A DNA stretch of 34,583 bases from Chiloscyllium plagiosum (taxonomy: Eukaryota): the NCBI RefSeq assembly GCF_004010195.1, contig NC_057758.1, positions 8,545,565-8,580,147 of the forward strand. Reading direction: 5' to 3'. A program made the translations under genes and the position numbers. Of the stretch, positions 12,143 to 21,811 are shown in pieces. Below the pieces are notes generated by a model. That model did not search any database. It was not told the DNA's origin and saw nothing but the letters and a program-made list of their open reading frames with translations. Position 1 is the stretch's first letter; every line of letters begins with the position of its first letter.

Positions 12143-12388
12143 ATGAAGACTGTCACACAGTTTGTCATGGCATTGGAAAATATTCTTGGGAAAATAAAAG
12201 TTAGGTGACGGTGTGAAGCATCTCACTCCTCTGTCTTTACAGAACTGTCTTAATTTCTTGGTCATGTTGCCGATTTAGATCCACTGTAAATACAACGCCC
12301 ATATCTCACCCAGAGATGGCCCACAAACTCCTCTGGTCTCCCTGATTGCAACATCCAATAACAGAATTTTCAGGAAAATAACTTCCCA
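12143..12388 (+). pseudogene. Putative decayed TCR V-segment relic (leader plus partial V exon)
   Basis: 46-nt ATG-initiated segment MKTVTQFVMALENIL+G (12143-12188; donor GT not intact). Acceptor CTCTGTCTTTACAG ends at 12242. Then IHCKYN..Q.PL.SLIATSN and, after a frameshift, NFQENNFP, resembling TRBV-type LxLIATxN..GF..DKFP. Cut by a CR1 tail at ~12388. Confidence 0.35.
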
Positions 12389-12635
12389 AGAACAGAATGA
12401 GAGAACATCAGATACGCGAATACGTCATTCAGCCCTTCAATATGATCATAGCTGATCTGCAAAAGCCACAACCCCTCTCTCTTCTGCTCAATCCCTGCAG
12501 CCCTCAACATTCTGATGCCTCATATATCCATTGTGCCCCCTTCCAAATATCTTAGTGATCTACCTCCACTACCTCTATGAAATACAGCATTCCCGACAGT
12601 CACTACCTTTTGTGAGAAGGAAACACTCCTCACAA
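12388..12635 (-). mobile_element. Old CR1 3' end
   Basis: Antisense CR1 terminus (CATTCAGCCCTT..GATCATAGCTGATC..CCTCCAC..CATTCC..CACTACC.TTTGTGAGAAG). Confidence 0.7.
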
Positions 12636-12659
12636 ACACACCGTGACCTAATCACATGA

Positions 12660-13090
12660 ATAAACTATATGAATACGCCGTAAGAGTGACTGGCCCTGAA
12701 ATCAAGGCAGGATTTAACTGTGGATGGTATCAATGAACTCCGAACAGAATAGAATGTAATGGGAATGAATTGTAAACTCCCCACAGGTTAGAGGCATTCA
12801 CAGGACAAGGGAAGATATTTGTGGTTGGTGTGGCTCAATCATTTCAGTCACAGGAAATCTCGGCCTACATCCTCAAGGTAGCTTTCATCAGCTGTTTCAA
12901 TGTCTTTCCCACATCTTAAAGTTAGAATTGGAGGTATTCTCTGAAGATCACACAACATTAAGAATAATTTGTCACCTGTCCTCTGCTGAAGCAGTCCGTG
13001 TCCATGTGCAGCAAGACCTGGATAGCATCCAAACTGTGTTGTTAAAGTGAAGGTAGCATTCTTGTAACAGTCTTACTAGAAATGTCTCTT
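12660..13090 (+). mobile_element. Old L2/CR1-group LINE RT remnant
   Basis: Decayed ALxIKAxF, FADD-like (TTCTCTGAAGAT) and QQDLDSI motifs in the expected order. Confidence 0.6.
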
Positions 13091-13844
13091 TTAGTGTTCT
13101 ACAGTAAAATAAGAGAAGCTCATTCAGCGCCTTAAGCTGGTTTCATCGGAATATATTCAATCCACTGAAACTATTGAATACGAACAGGGACAGCCCATTC
13201 AGTCCATCTGCCGATTACACAAGGAGGGAAGGAGTGTCGTCAGCACATCGAGGTGTTCAACAGGAACAAGGAGTTGCCAAGTCAGGTCTTTGAACCTCTT
13301 CATGTGACCAGGAAGAGGCCATTCAGCCTTTCAAGTTAAATATGCAGAAATAGGAAGATGTCATTGATGCCCCAACAGGACAGACAGTGAAGTAGAGACT
13401 ACACAGATAAACTTCTCTATGTTGTTCCTCCTGGATCTATTGCCAGTGGTACACGTGTTACTTTAACTTGGTCTTTTGAAGGTGAGGAGGTAAAGTGGCT
13501 GGTTTGTGCCAAGTTTCAAGGAAAAAGCTTCTATCTCCGAGAAGGCAGACTGGTATTTCGATGGAGGTTACAACCTGGTGGGAATGGCTAACTCATTCAG
13601 GAATAAGGTATTTTGGCTGCTGACAGATTTGTGAACAGTGCAGGTTCACACATCAACTGCATATTGAGACAGTGAGAGTTCATTCAGAGCCTGGAGCTGC
13701 CTCTCAAGCAACATGGGGGCTCCACGCAGGTAAGTGAACTATTGGGAAACAAATACTATGGACAAAATGTAAATTTTTCACATGATCACTATCTTTTTCT
13801 TGACAAAATGAGTGCTAGTCACTAATCTTTAATTTTAATAATAA

Positions 13845-15015
13845 AAGCCTGTTATTTTCTCTCAGCGCTACGCATTAAACAGTCATTTTCCTCACACTTT
13901 CCTCACGGTACCATCATCCCAGGAATAAGTCTGGTGAAAGTATTTTGCAATATCTCAGTCGCAATGTAATCATTCCTTATAAAGGAGAGAGAATCTTTTA
14001 TCAGTGGCCAAAATACTGTCCAAGCAACACTCTACAATTGCAGGAAGATGAATTTACTCCAACACTTGAATACTTTTATAATGAAGTACCATTTACTGTC
14101 CTGATTACTTGCTGGCTAGTGTGAATAGTGCAAGTGAGAACTGCACTTCTCAACCTTTCATCTTCTAATAAATACAAAATGAAAAGAACAGTATTTATTG
14201 CTCACATTCAAATCATTTCTTTGCCTTGTGAACAGCTGTGCTCCAAGCACTGATATATGGGATGCCCTATGACCAATGACCTTTAGTCCAGAGCAGAATC
14301 TTACTCTCTGTATTCTCCCCATTATCCAATTCTCAATCCATGTAGTATATTCACTCCTTACACAAGGACTCTAACGTTCTTCACTCACCTGTCAATAGCC
14401 TCCTGAAAATTCAAATACACTCTTCCCATTGGTTCTCATTTGTCGATGTCACAATCAACATCCTCCACAAACTACAAGTGGTTTATCAAATACGATTTCC
14501 CTTTCTAAAATCTCGGCTGCCTCCGCAAATCATATAATTATTCGCCAAAGATCTAATTATTATGAATTACTAAAAAATTCTAAAATTTTCCCTCACAACT
14601 GATATCGATTTATTCATCAGTTGGTATGCTGTTTTCCATCTCGCTCCTGTTTTAAATGTTTGTGGTCACAGTAGCTACTTCCAAGTCTGCAGAATCCTTT
14701 CATACTTTGTCCTCCCTCATAGTGTTAAGGAATTGACAATACAGATTTAGGCCATTGACCCATCGTGTCTGTATCTGCACTCGAAACAGCTACCGGGCAG
14801 GCACAACTCTCTATCCCTAAATCTGTAGCCCTCTAACTTCATAACTAATTTAGTCCAGCAACTTAGCAATATTTTATACAATGAGCTTTGTTTGTATTTA
14901 TCCTCAGTACTTCCTCTTTCATAATTCTAACTTCTTGCAGTTCCACATTTTCGCCAGTCACCATATTCCCTAACATTTCGGGAAGATTTTTCTGTTCTCC
15001 CCTCTGTGGAAACAG
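13845..15015 (-). mobile_element. Old CR1 LINE RT remnants
   Basis: Antisense CR1-like blocks (TCAATAGCCTCCTGAAAATTCAAATACAC; ATCAAATACGATTTCCCTTT; TTTTCCCTCACAACTGAT), with a small nested 3'-end fragment near 14735-14840. Confidence 0.65.
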
Positions 15016-15319
15016 ATTAGATTAGATTAGCTTAGATTAGATTAGATTAGATTAGATTAGATTAGATTAGATTAGATTGCAGCGTGGAAACAGGCCTTTC
15101 GGCCCAACAAGTCCACACCGACCCGCCGAAGCACAACCCACCCATACCCCTACATTTACCCCCTACCTCACACTATGGGCAATTTAGCATGGCCAATTCA
15201 CATGACCTGCACATCTTTGGACTGTGGGAGGAAACCGGAGCAGCCGGAGGAAACCCACACAGACACGGGGAGAACGTGCAAACTCCACACAGTCAGTCGC
15301 CTGAGGCAGGAATTGAACA
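15015..15319 (-). mobile_element. HE1-type V-SINE, 5'-truncated, with (TAATC)n tail
   Basis: Antisense V-domain GGAGGAAACCCAC.CAGACACGGGGAGAACGTGCAAACTCCACACAG. B-box-like GTTCAATTCC at the truncated head. (GATTA)n microsatellite at ~15015-15078. Confidence 0.92.
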
Positions 15320-16720
15320 TGTTGTGTAGCATTGTGGTGTAGCATTTTACGTTTAAACTCTAGGTGAGATTTGCAAAGTTATTCTGATTCTAGATGGGAG
15401 ACTCCAGATTGTCACGCTCTTGGGTGAGAAGGAATGAACTGACTCTCTTTCTTTATTCGCCCACCTTCTCAAGAGTTCACAACAAGGTTATTTGACAAAG
15501 AATCCCTTCCTTTATGGGTGATTTCTACCAAACAAGTCAACTTTAACCAGGCTTTATTGAGTTAAAGAATGAGTTCATCAATTTATAAGTATAAAAAGAA
15601 ATAATAAATGCAACATATATGCACATAGTTAAAATAAAATGTGAGTCCAAAAAGAAGATAAAAGTTATGGTATAAATTTCTGTCCTAGGTTATCCATGAA
15701 AGTAGATAGTGGAGCATTGATAGTCGAGCAGTTGATTCTGAAGTTAGAAACGAAAACTGAAATTGCTGAAAAACTCAGCAGGTCTGGCAACATCTGTGGA
15801 GACAAAGCAGAGTTAATGTTTCAAGTCCAGTGACCCTTCTTCACAACTGATTGTTTCCAGGAAAAGGTTGGTTTATATACTGAAGCTAGGGTGGAGGAGG
15901 GAGAAGGAGTAAACAGTAGATGGAGATGTAGCCCAGAGAGACAATTTGGGCAGACGAAGGAATTGGTAAAGGTAAGCCTGGAGAATTGATAACTAAAGAG
16001 AACAATAGGTTGTTTGTTTAGCAGACCATGTGATGACAAGGCTTAGTATGTGGGGGTTTGGGTAAGGACATGGAAGGTGCTCAGGTCCTCATATGATTGG
16101 AGTTGATACTGAGTTCTGATGGCTCCAGAATCCCCAAGTGGAAAATGAGATGCTGTTCTTCGAGCTTGTGCTGGGCTTTGCTGCAGCACTGCAAAAAACC
16201 CAAGCCAGAGATGTTGTCCAGGGAACATGGTGAGGTGACCGGTAACAGGAAGGTCAGGATCATTTTTGCTGATAGAATGTAGGTGTTTTGCAAAGCAGTC
16301 ACCCAGTTTGTGTTTGGTCTGCCCACTGTAGAGCAAATCACATTGTGAGCCGTGTATACAGCAGACGTGACAGAGTGAAGTGCAGGTAAAGTACTGCTTC
16401 ACCTGGAAGATCTACTTGAGGTTTAGAATGGTGAGGAGGGAGGAAGTAAACTGGTGCATGTTACACCTTCATTGATTGCATTGGAAAGTGCCGTAAGGAG
16501 TATGGGCTGGTGTTGGGAGTGAAGGAAGTTCGACCAAGGTGTCCAGGAAGGTACATTCCCTGCGGAAGGCTGACAAGTAGTAGGAAGGGAGAGATTCGAT
16601 TCTGCAAGTTGATTGAAATTATTCTGGACTGGTTTGTTGGCTTTTAGCAGTTAGCATCCAGGCTGAAGCCCATAGTTACCGTTGCCCACTTCCATACACA
16701 AGCACCTCTGTTCACTAACA
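15320..16720. mobile_element. Probable solo-LTR-like element (TG...CA) interrupted by a PLE
   Basis: Begins TGTTGTG at 15320 and ends CACTAACA at 16720 (imperfect terminal inverted repeat). Similar GATTCTG.AAGTT sequence flanks the nested PLE on both sides. No target-site duplication. Confidence 0.5.
15745..16592 (-). mobile_element. Older Neptune-type PLE, GIY-YIG plus pLTR
   Basis: KQYFTCTS..CCIHGSQCDLLYSGQTKHKLGDCFAKHL..LPVTGH and KLEEQHLIFHLGILEP on the minus strand. Decayed hammerhead-like core GTGAAGAAGGGTC.CTGGACTTGAAAC near 15819-15845. Confidence 0.9.
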
Positions 16721-17040
16721 CACCTTCTTCTGTAAATGTTCTCCCTGGTTTTGTGTATTCTTGGAAGGAGAAGACAAAAATCACCCATCTGCTGTCGTTT
16801 CACTCATCATGTTACCAATCTGAGATAATCTACCGTCAATAGGCCTCTAATATAATATTTCATAAATGGGCTTCTGACGATCATGCGCAGCAGTGACATC
16901 TGAAACAGAACCAACATATTCACCGGACGGAGATGGCCTATGTCACCTTGTGAGTACATGAGAGGATCGCACTCTCGCAAAATGGATACTTCACCCACTC
17001 CTGCCTGAAACGATCCAGAATCAAAACAGTTGATGGGCAT
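16721..17040 (-). pseudogene. Putative TCR beta-like V pseudogene (leader exon 17040-16995, 95-nt intron, V exon from 16899, 3' half missing)
   Basis: 46-nt phase-1 ATG exon, donor G/GTGAAGT, acceptor TTCTGTTTCAG. The exon reads DVTAAHDRQKPIYEILY*, then with small frameshifts G.LTVDY, SQ, KRQQ.G..LL, FQEYT....TEEG; spacing matches TRBV framework 1 (VxQxPxYxIxxxGxxLTxxCSQ). The leader peptide is not strongly hydrophobic. Confidence 0.5.
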
Positions 17041-17105
17041 TTTGAGTACAGTCCTCTCCCTGGTGTGAGACTACAGTTTGTGCTGATGGAGGTTTCACAG
17101 CTCTG

Positions 17106-17113
17106 TGACGTCA
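17106..17113. promoter_or_regulatory. CRE palindrome TGACGTCA upstream of the putative V leader
   Basis: Perfect TGACGTCA 66-73 nt 5' of the ATG at 17040 (minus strand). A CRE-containing decamer in this position is an established feature of TCR V-beta promoters. Confidence 0.5.
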
Positions 17114-17594
17114 TTGCTGAAATTAACTGGCTTCACACTTTGCACACGGAAAAGGTACAACATTGAGAAATATTTGTGGAAATCTCAGAATGGATAGTGC
17201 AGTGTCCTGCTCCTTCCTATGCAGTCTCTGCAGACCCAGACTCTCTCCAAAATGCAGTGCCCGAACCTTGTCCAGAGTGGGGACACCAGTCCCTCAGGTT
17301 TCCGTACATCATTGCAGTAGCTGCTAACACAAACCCAAGAAAACCATCCAGGGAACCTCCTCTGACTTTCGAGTGATGAGAACAAGTCAAATCTCTGTAT
17401 ATATGTCACACCCACTCAGAGTTAACAAATTGCTTTCTCGCCTCAGTTTCTATGCCTGGCTGAAAAACCATTGCAGCTCTGCACAGTCCCTGTGACCTGA
17501 AACATTACCAGTTTTGTTCTCCATGGAAGTATTTGACAGTGAAACTGCACAATTTTCTGGACCTCAGTCAAAAAAACAGCAACACTACCATTAC

Positions 17595-18090
17595 CAGTGT
17601 AGATGCTGGGGATGCGTTGGTCTAGTGCTATTATCTCCAGTCTATTAATGCAGGGACCCAACTCGTGACTCAGACCTGGGCTTGAGTCCCGCCTCATCAG
17701 ATGTTGGAATTTGAATTCAATTGAGAATTTGGATTAACAATCTAATGAAAGTTTGTCAATTGTCAAATAAAAACAAACACCTAACTAGTTGTGTCCTTCG
17801 TGAAGGAAATCTGTCATCTTCATTTGGTCAGGCCTACATGTGAGACCAGACCCAAAGCAATGTGATTGACCTCAACTGCCCTTTGAAATGACCAAGCCAG
17901 CATACAGTTATATCACTACAAGGTTTCAAAGAAATGAAACCAAACAGATCTAAGCACTGGCAGCCAACAGCATGTGAACTGCTATGGTTCAAGAAGGTAG
18001 CTCAACAACACCTTCTCACGGGCAACCCGGAAAGGAAAATATATATTGACCCAGCCTGTCACACCCATGTCGCATTAATGAATTAAAGAA
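17595..18090 (+). mobile_element. SacSINE/Deu-domain-type SINE
   Basis: tRNA-like head followed by Deu-like core GTGTCCTTCGTGAAGGAAATCTGTCATCTT..TGGTCAGGCCTACATGTGA..CCAGACCCA.AGCAATGTG.TTGAC.CTCAACTGCCC. Confidence 0.8.
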
Positions 18091-18334
18091 GATGACCACA
18101 CTCAGGGAAGAGAGACAGAGGAGACATACCTCATTTTAAAAAGGGGCTTGGATAGATATCTACATGGGCATGATACTCAGGAATATGGGGAAAAAATGAA
18201 AAATCACCGAGATTAATATCACATTTTATTTCCATCCGAGCTGATTATCAACAATTGCTTTTTTTGAATCTTTTTCTCTATATCTCTATTCCTCCATATA
18301 TTCGACTCACTACACAAAACAAATTGCAATATTT

Positions 18335-18665
18335 TGGATGAGTGGTGCTGGAAGAGCACAGCAGTTCAGGCAGCATCCAAGGAGCAGCGAAATCGACGTT
18401 TCGGGCAAAAGCCCTTCATCCATAATAAAGGCAGAGAGCCTGAAGCATGGAGAGATAAGCTAGAGGGGGGTGGGAGTGGGGAGAAAGTTGCATAGAGTAC
18501 AATAGGTGAGTGATACAATATTTCCCAGCTGCTTTCAGATCTAATGCATGGTGGGTGGATTGAAAACGTTAATTCTGTTTTTCTCTCAACAGAGTTTCTG
18601 CCAAACCTGTTCAGTTTCCCCAGCACTTTGCTTATTTTTGTTTCAGATTTTCAGTAGCTTCCTTT
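18335..18665. mobile_element. PLE pLTR fragments in opposite orientations
   Basis: Antisense Neptune tail with decayed hammerhead core (18394-18420), then a sense tail GAAAACGTTAATTCTG..TTCAGATTTTCAG. Duplicated at ~22467-22795. Confidence 0.8.
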
Positions 18666-18689
18666 GTTTGATTGAATGTTTTTTTTTGA

Positions 18690-19055
18690 TATTTCATGGG
18701 ATCTCAGCATCACTGTGAAGGGCAGCATTTGATGACCATCACTAATTGCCCTTAATTGTGAACATTCCACAAGGCAGTACAGAGCCAAGCACATTGTTGT
18801 GGGTCTGAAGTCACTCTCAGTCCAGATCAAATAACGATGTTAGAATTCTTTACCAAAGAACATCAGTGAAACAGATAGTTTGTTAGACAAAATTCTCCTC
18901 ATTTTATGGTTACAGTCCGTGCATTTGTTTTTATTTCGATTCTTATCATTGAATTAAAGTTCACGATCAGCTGTGGTAGGATTTGAGACAGTATCTTTAG
19001 TATTCTAACCTGTGCCTCTGAATTACCCATCCAGCGACATTACTACTCTGACACG
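18690..19055 (-). mobile_element. SacSINE/Deu-type SINE
   Basis: Antisense Deu-like core CACATTGTTGTGGGTCTGAAGTCAC..CCAGA..ATCAGTGAAACAGAT and tRNA-like head. Duplicated at ~22820-23185. Confidence 0.75.
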
Positions 19056-19482
19056 GTGTTCCTATCATGAACTTACTTTAAAGACATTACCAGTTTGTAA
19101 TCGATTTATTCGTAACTGGAGCAGTGGCCAGAAGACAACTGTAACTGTAAAGTATGACCTTTAGCAAGGCGTAGGCAATTTTTTATTCAGCAACAGCACT
19201 GACACAGTGGTGGTGACTCAGTGTATTATGAAGCTGGAAATGGGCAGGTTTGCTGATGGAGACATAACCAAGACATACATCAGTTCAATTCAAAAAGTAT
19301 CCTCACAGTTTTATTTCAGATGTTTGTGAGGGAGGGGTCTTGAATTTGTGTATAATGAATGGAATTTATAATAGAACTAAATACAATAGTTTCTGTCTTT
19401 ACCAGATATAGACAACAAAAAAGGCAATGAAGTTCAACATGGTTTATGTAAGTAATAAATAGATAGAGATTGAAAAACTTAC

Positions 19483-19771
19483 CAGGAACACCAACAATAG
19501 CGAGGGTGGGATAATAACCTGCCTGAATAATCATCAGTACACCGGATATTTGCAATGATAATGTTGACCCAGACCAGAAAAACCAGAAAAGACCATCGGA
19601 TAAACTCCTGTGCCTTGTTGTAACATTCCAGTCTATTGTTCTCAGATTCTGATCGATTATTGGAATATCCCAGTCTGATGTTCTTAGATTCTGATCCATT
19701 GTTGTAACATTCCAGTCTAAAATTCTCAGGATATGATCCATTACAGGAACATTCAAGTCTGTTGTTCTCAT
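19483..19771 (-). pseudogene. GPR139-like: Orphan first coding exon of a GPR139/GPR142-like rhodopsin-family GPCR (N-terminus plus start of TM1)
   Basis: Open 96-codon frame ending LMIIQAGYYPTLAIVGVP+G, immediately followed by a consensus phase-1 donor GTAAGT (19482-19477). I recognise YYPxLAxVGVP-intron as the exon-1 end of shark GPR139-like receptors. Two NVT sequons. No matching exon 2 seen in the sequenced bases. Confidence 0.8.
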
Positions 19772-19780
19772 ATTCTGATA
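19616..19780 (-). repeat. Coding tandem repeat, ~4 x 42 bp (14 aa)
   Basis: (YQN)MRTTDLNVPV / MDHILRILDWNVTT / MDQNLRTSDWDIPI / IDQNLRTIDWNVTT. Confidence 0.9.
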
Positions 19781-20068
19781 TCTCCTCTCCCTGTCTCTGT
19801 TGCTACTGGCTCCGTTCGTGTTGGAGGTGATGTATCTGCTGCTATCATGGGATAAAGCACCGAAAGAAGTCCCTTACTTATAGGAAAGAGAAAGCCTCTC
19901 TTGATACAGTTAGAGTCCATGGAGACTGACATCAATCACAGTTACTGAACAAACAGTTCCAGTTAACCCCATTCATGACAACATTTTCAGCTCACATTAA
20001 CAACGGGAGTGGATTGGATGTGGACATCACTAGGTATTGGTCTCCAATCATTAGTTAATCAGTGCTGA

Positions 20069-20114
20069 GGTGGGGGTGAGGGAGGGGTGGGGGGGTGAGG
20101 GTGGGGTGGGGGGG
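20069..20114 (+). repeat. G-run tract (potential G-quadruplex)
   Basis: Seven runs of 3 or more G within 46 bp, ~300 bp upstream of the GPCR ATG. Confidence 0.7.
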
Positions 20115-20545
20115 TTGGAATTGATGGATGTTTTCTTTTTGCAGGTTAGATGATTTTGCTGTGTTGTTCATGTACAATGTTGTAAGGGCTTGCAGCCCCA
20201 AAAATCACACAATCAAGTTATTGTTATTGTGCTGTTCTCTCCTCAGCTAGAAAAACCGCCAACCAAAAGATTGTCCCTGGGCAGAGTTGCCCTGGCCTTA
20301 GAGAGGATGCTTGGATAGGTCTGGACATGACTCTGACTTCTGTCTGAAGGCAACGCTGTAATGTCCACACACGCGCTGCTCTTCAGTTTTGTTTTTAAAT
20401 TGGCAAGCGTCTTAATGCTGTTTTATTCGCTTTAAAACAGTGAGATTTACTTTTTTTTTACTTCAGTGCAAGAAAAAATGACATGTACAAAGACCTTGTT
20501 CGTTAAAACCAATGGATTAATGAGTCAGCGACGAATGAAAATGAC

Positions 20546-21312
20546 ATTAGTTAGGAGACAGAAAGGAATTGGTAGCAGAGGTTGTGGAGATTTGAGGGGC
20601 ATACAACGAAAATTCCCCAATCACCATCACGCTTTCTGGCAGACAGAACGAAATGCAGAGCAGAGCAACAAATCTGAGATAGAATGCTGATTGCGGATGT
20701 GGCTCTGTGGGTCAGAACTTAGCGCTACAATTTCACAGTGCTTGGGGTCTGGTTCGATTGCAACCTCAGGCGATTCTCTGTGTGGAGTTTGCATATTCTC
20801 CCCAGGTCTGTGCGTATTTCATCCCACAGTTCAAAAATGTGCAGATTATGTGAATTGGCCACGCTAATCTTCTCATTGTGTTCACCGATGTGTCGGTTAG
20901 GCACATTCGTGAGGGGTCAATATCGGGGGTAGAAGAATGGGTCTGTGTTCTGAAGTCCATCTAACCTACACTACTCGATTTTTCATTCATGACCATTTAA
21001 ATGTCATTAATGTTGGCGAGTCAACTTCTGTTGCAGGCAGTGCGTTTCACACCCCGCTATTCTTTGAGTAAAGAAACGACCTCTGACCTCTGTCCTGTAT
21101 CCATTACATCTCAATTTTAAGCGACGTATCCTCGTTCTAGCCATTGCCATCCAATAAAAAAGGCTCTCGCTATCCAGCCTATCTAATCTCTAATTATATT
21201 GTATGTCTGAATTAAATCACCTCTCAACATTCTCTCAAATGAAAATAGCCTCAAGTCCCTCAGCCTTTCCTTGTAAGACCCTACCTCCATACCACGCAAT
21301 AAGCTTGTCAAG
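20546..21312 (+). repeat. Segmental duplication block C, copy 1 (contains a V-SINE on + at ~20690-20948 and a CR1 3' part on -)
   Basis: Colinear with 27633-28617 but lacking 28035-28240 (206 bp) and a 13-bp segment. Confidence 0.97.
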
Positions 21313-21811
21313 NNNNNNNNNNNNNNNNNNNNNNNNNNNNNNNNNNNNNNNNNNNNNNNNNNNNNNNNNNNNNNNNNNNNNNNNNNNNNNNNNNNNNNNN
21401 NNNNNNNNNNNNNNNNNNNNNNNNNNNNNNNNNNNNNNNNNNNNNNNNNNNNNNNNNNNNNNNNNNNNNNNNNNNNNNNNNNNNNNNNNNNNNNNNNNNN
21501 NNNNNNNNNNNNNNNNNNNNNNNNNNNNNNNNNNNNNNNNNNNNNNNNNNNNNNNNNNNNNNNNNNNNNNNNNNNNNNNNNNNNNNNNNNNNNNNNNNNN
21601 NNNNNNNNNNNNNNNNNNNNNNNNNNNNNNNNNNNNNNNNNNNNNNNNNNNNNNNNNNNNNNNNNNNNNNNNNNNNNNNNNNNNNNNNNNNNNNNNNNNN
21701 NNNNNNNNNNNNNNNNNNNNNNNNNNNNNNNNNNNNNNNNNNNNNNNNNNNNNNNNNNNNNNNNNNNNNNNNNNNNNNNNNNNNNNNNNNNNNNNNNNNN
21801 NNNNNNNNNNN
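21313..21811. other. Assembly gap (499 N)
   Basis: Run of N. Confidence 1.

Larger units (their letters stand above)
17680..19369 (+). repeat. Segmental duplication block A, copy 1
   Basis: Colinear with 21812-23499. I counted 7 differences in the first ~260 bp (~97% identity). Confidence 0.97.

Noticed and set aside
15015..15078. (GATTA)n array as a CRISPR or telomere-like repeat
   Set aside because: No spacers; it is the tail of the adjacent V-SINE.
19316..19482. C-terminal 55 aa of the 151-aa ORF as coding sequence
   Set aside because: It lies after a consensus GTAAGT donor and runs across the rearrangement junction; best read as intron read-through.
19616..19780. 42-bp repeats as a CRISPR-like array
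   Set aside because: Head-to-tail units without unique spacers, lying in an open eukaryotic exon.
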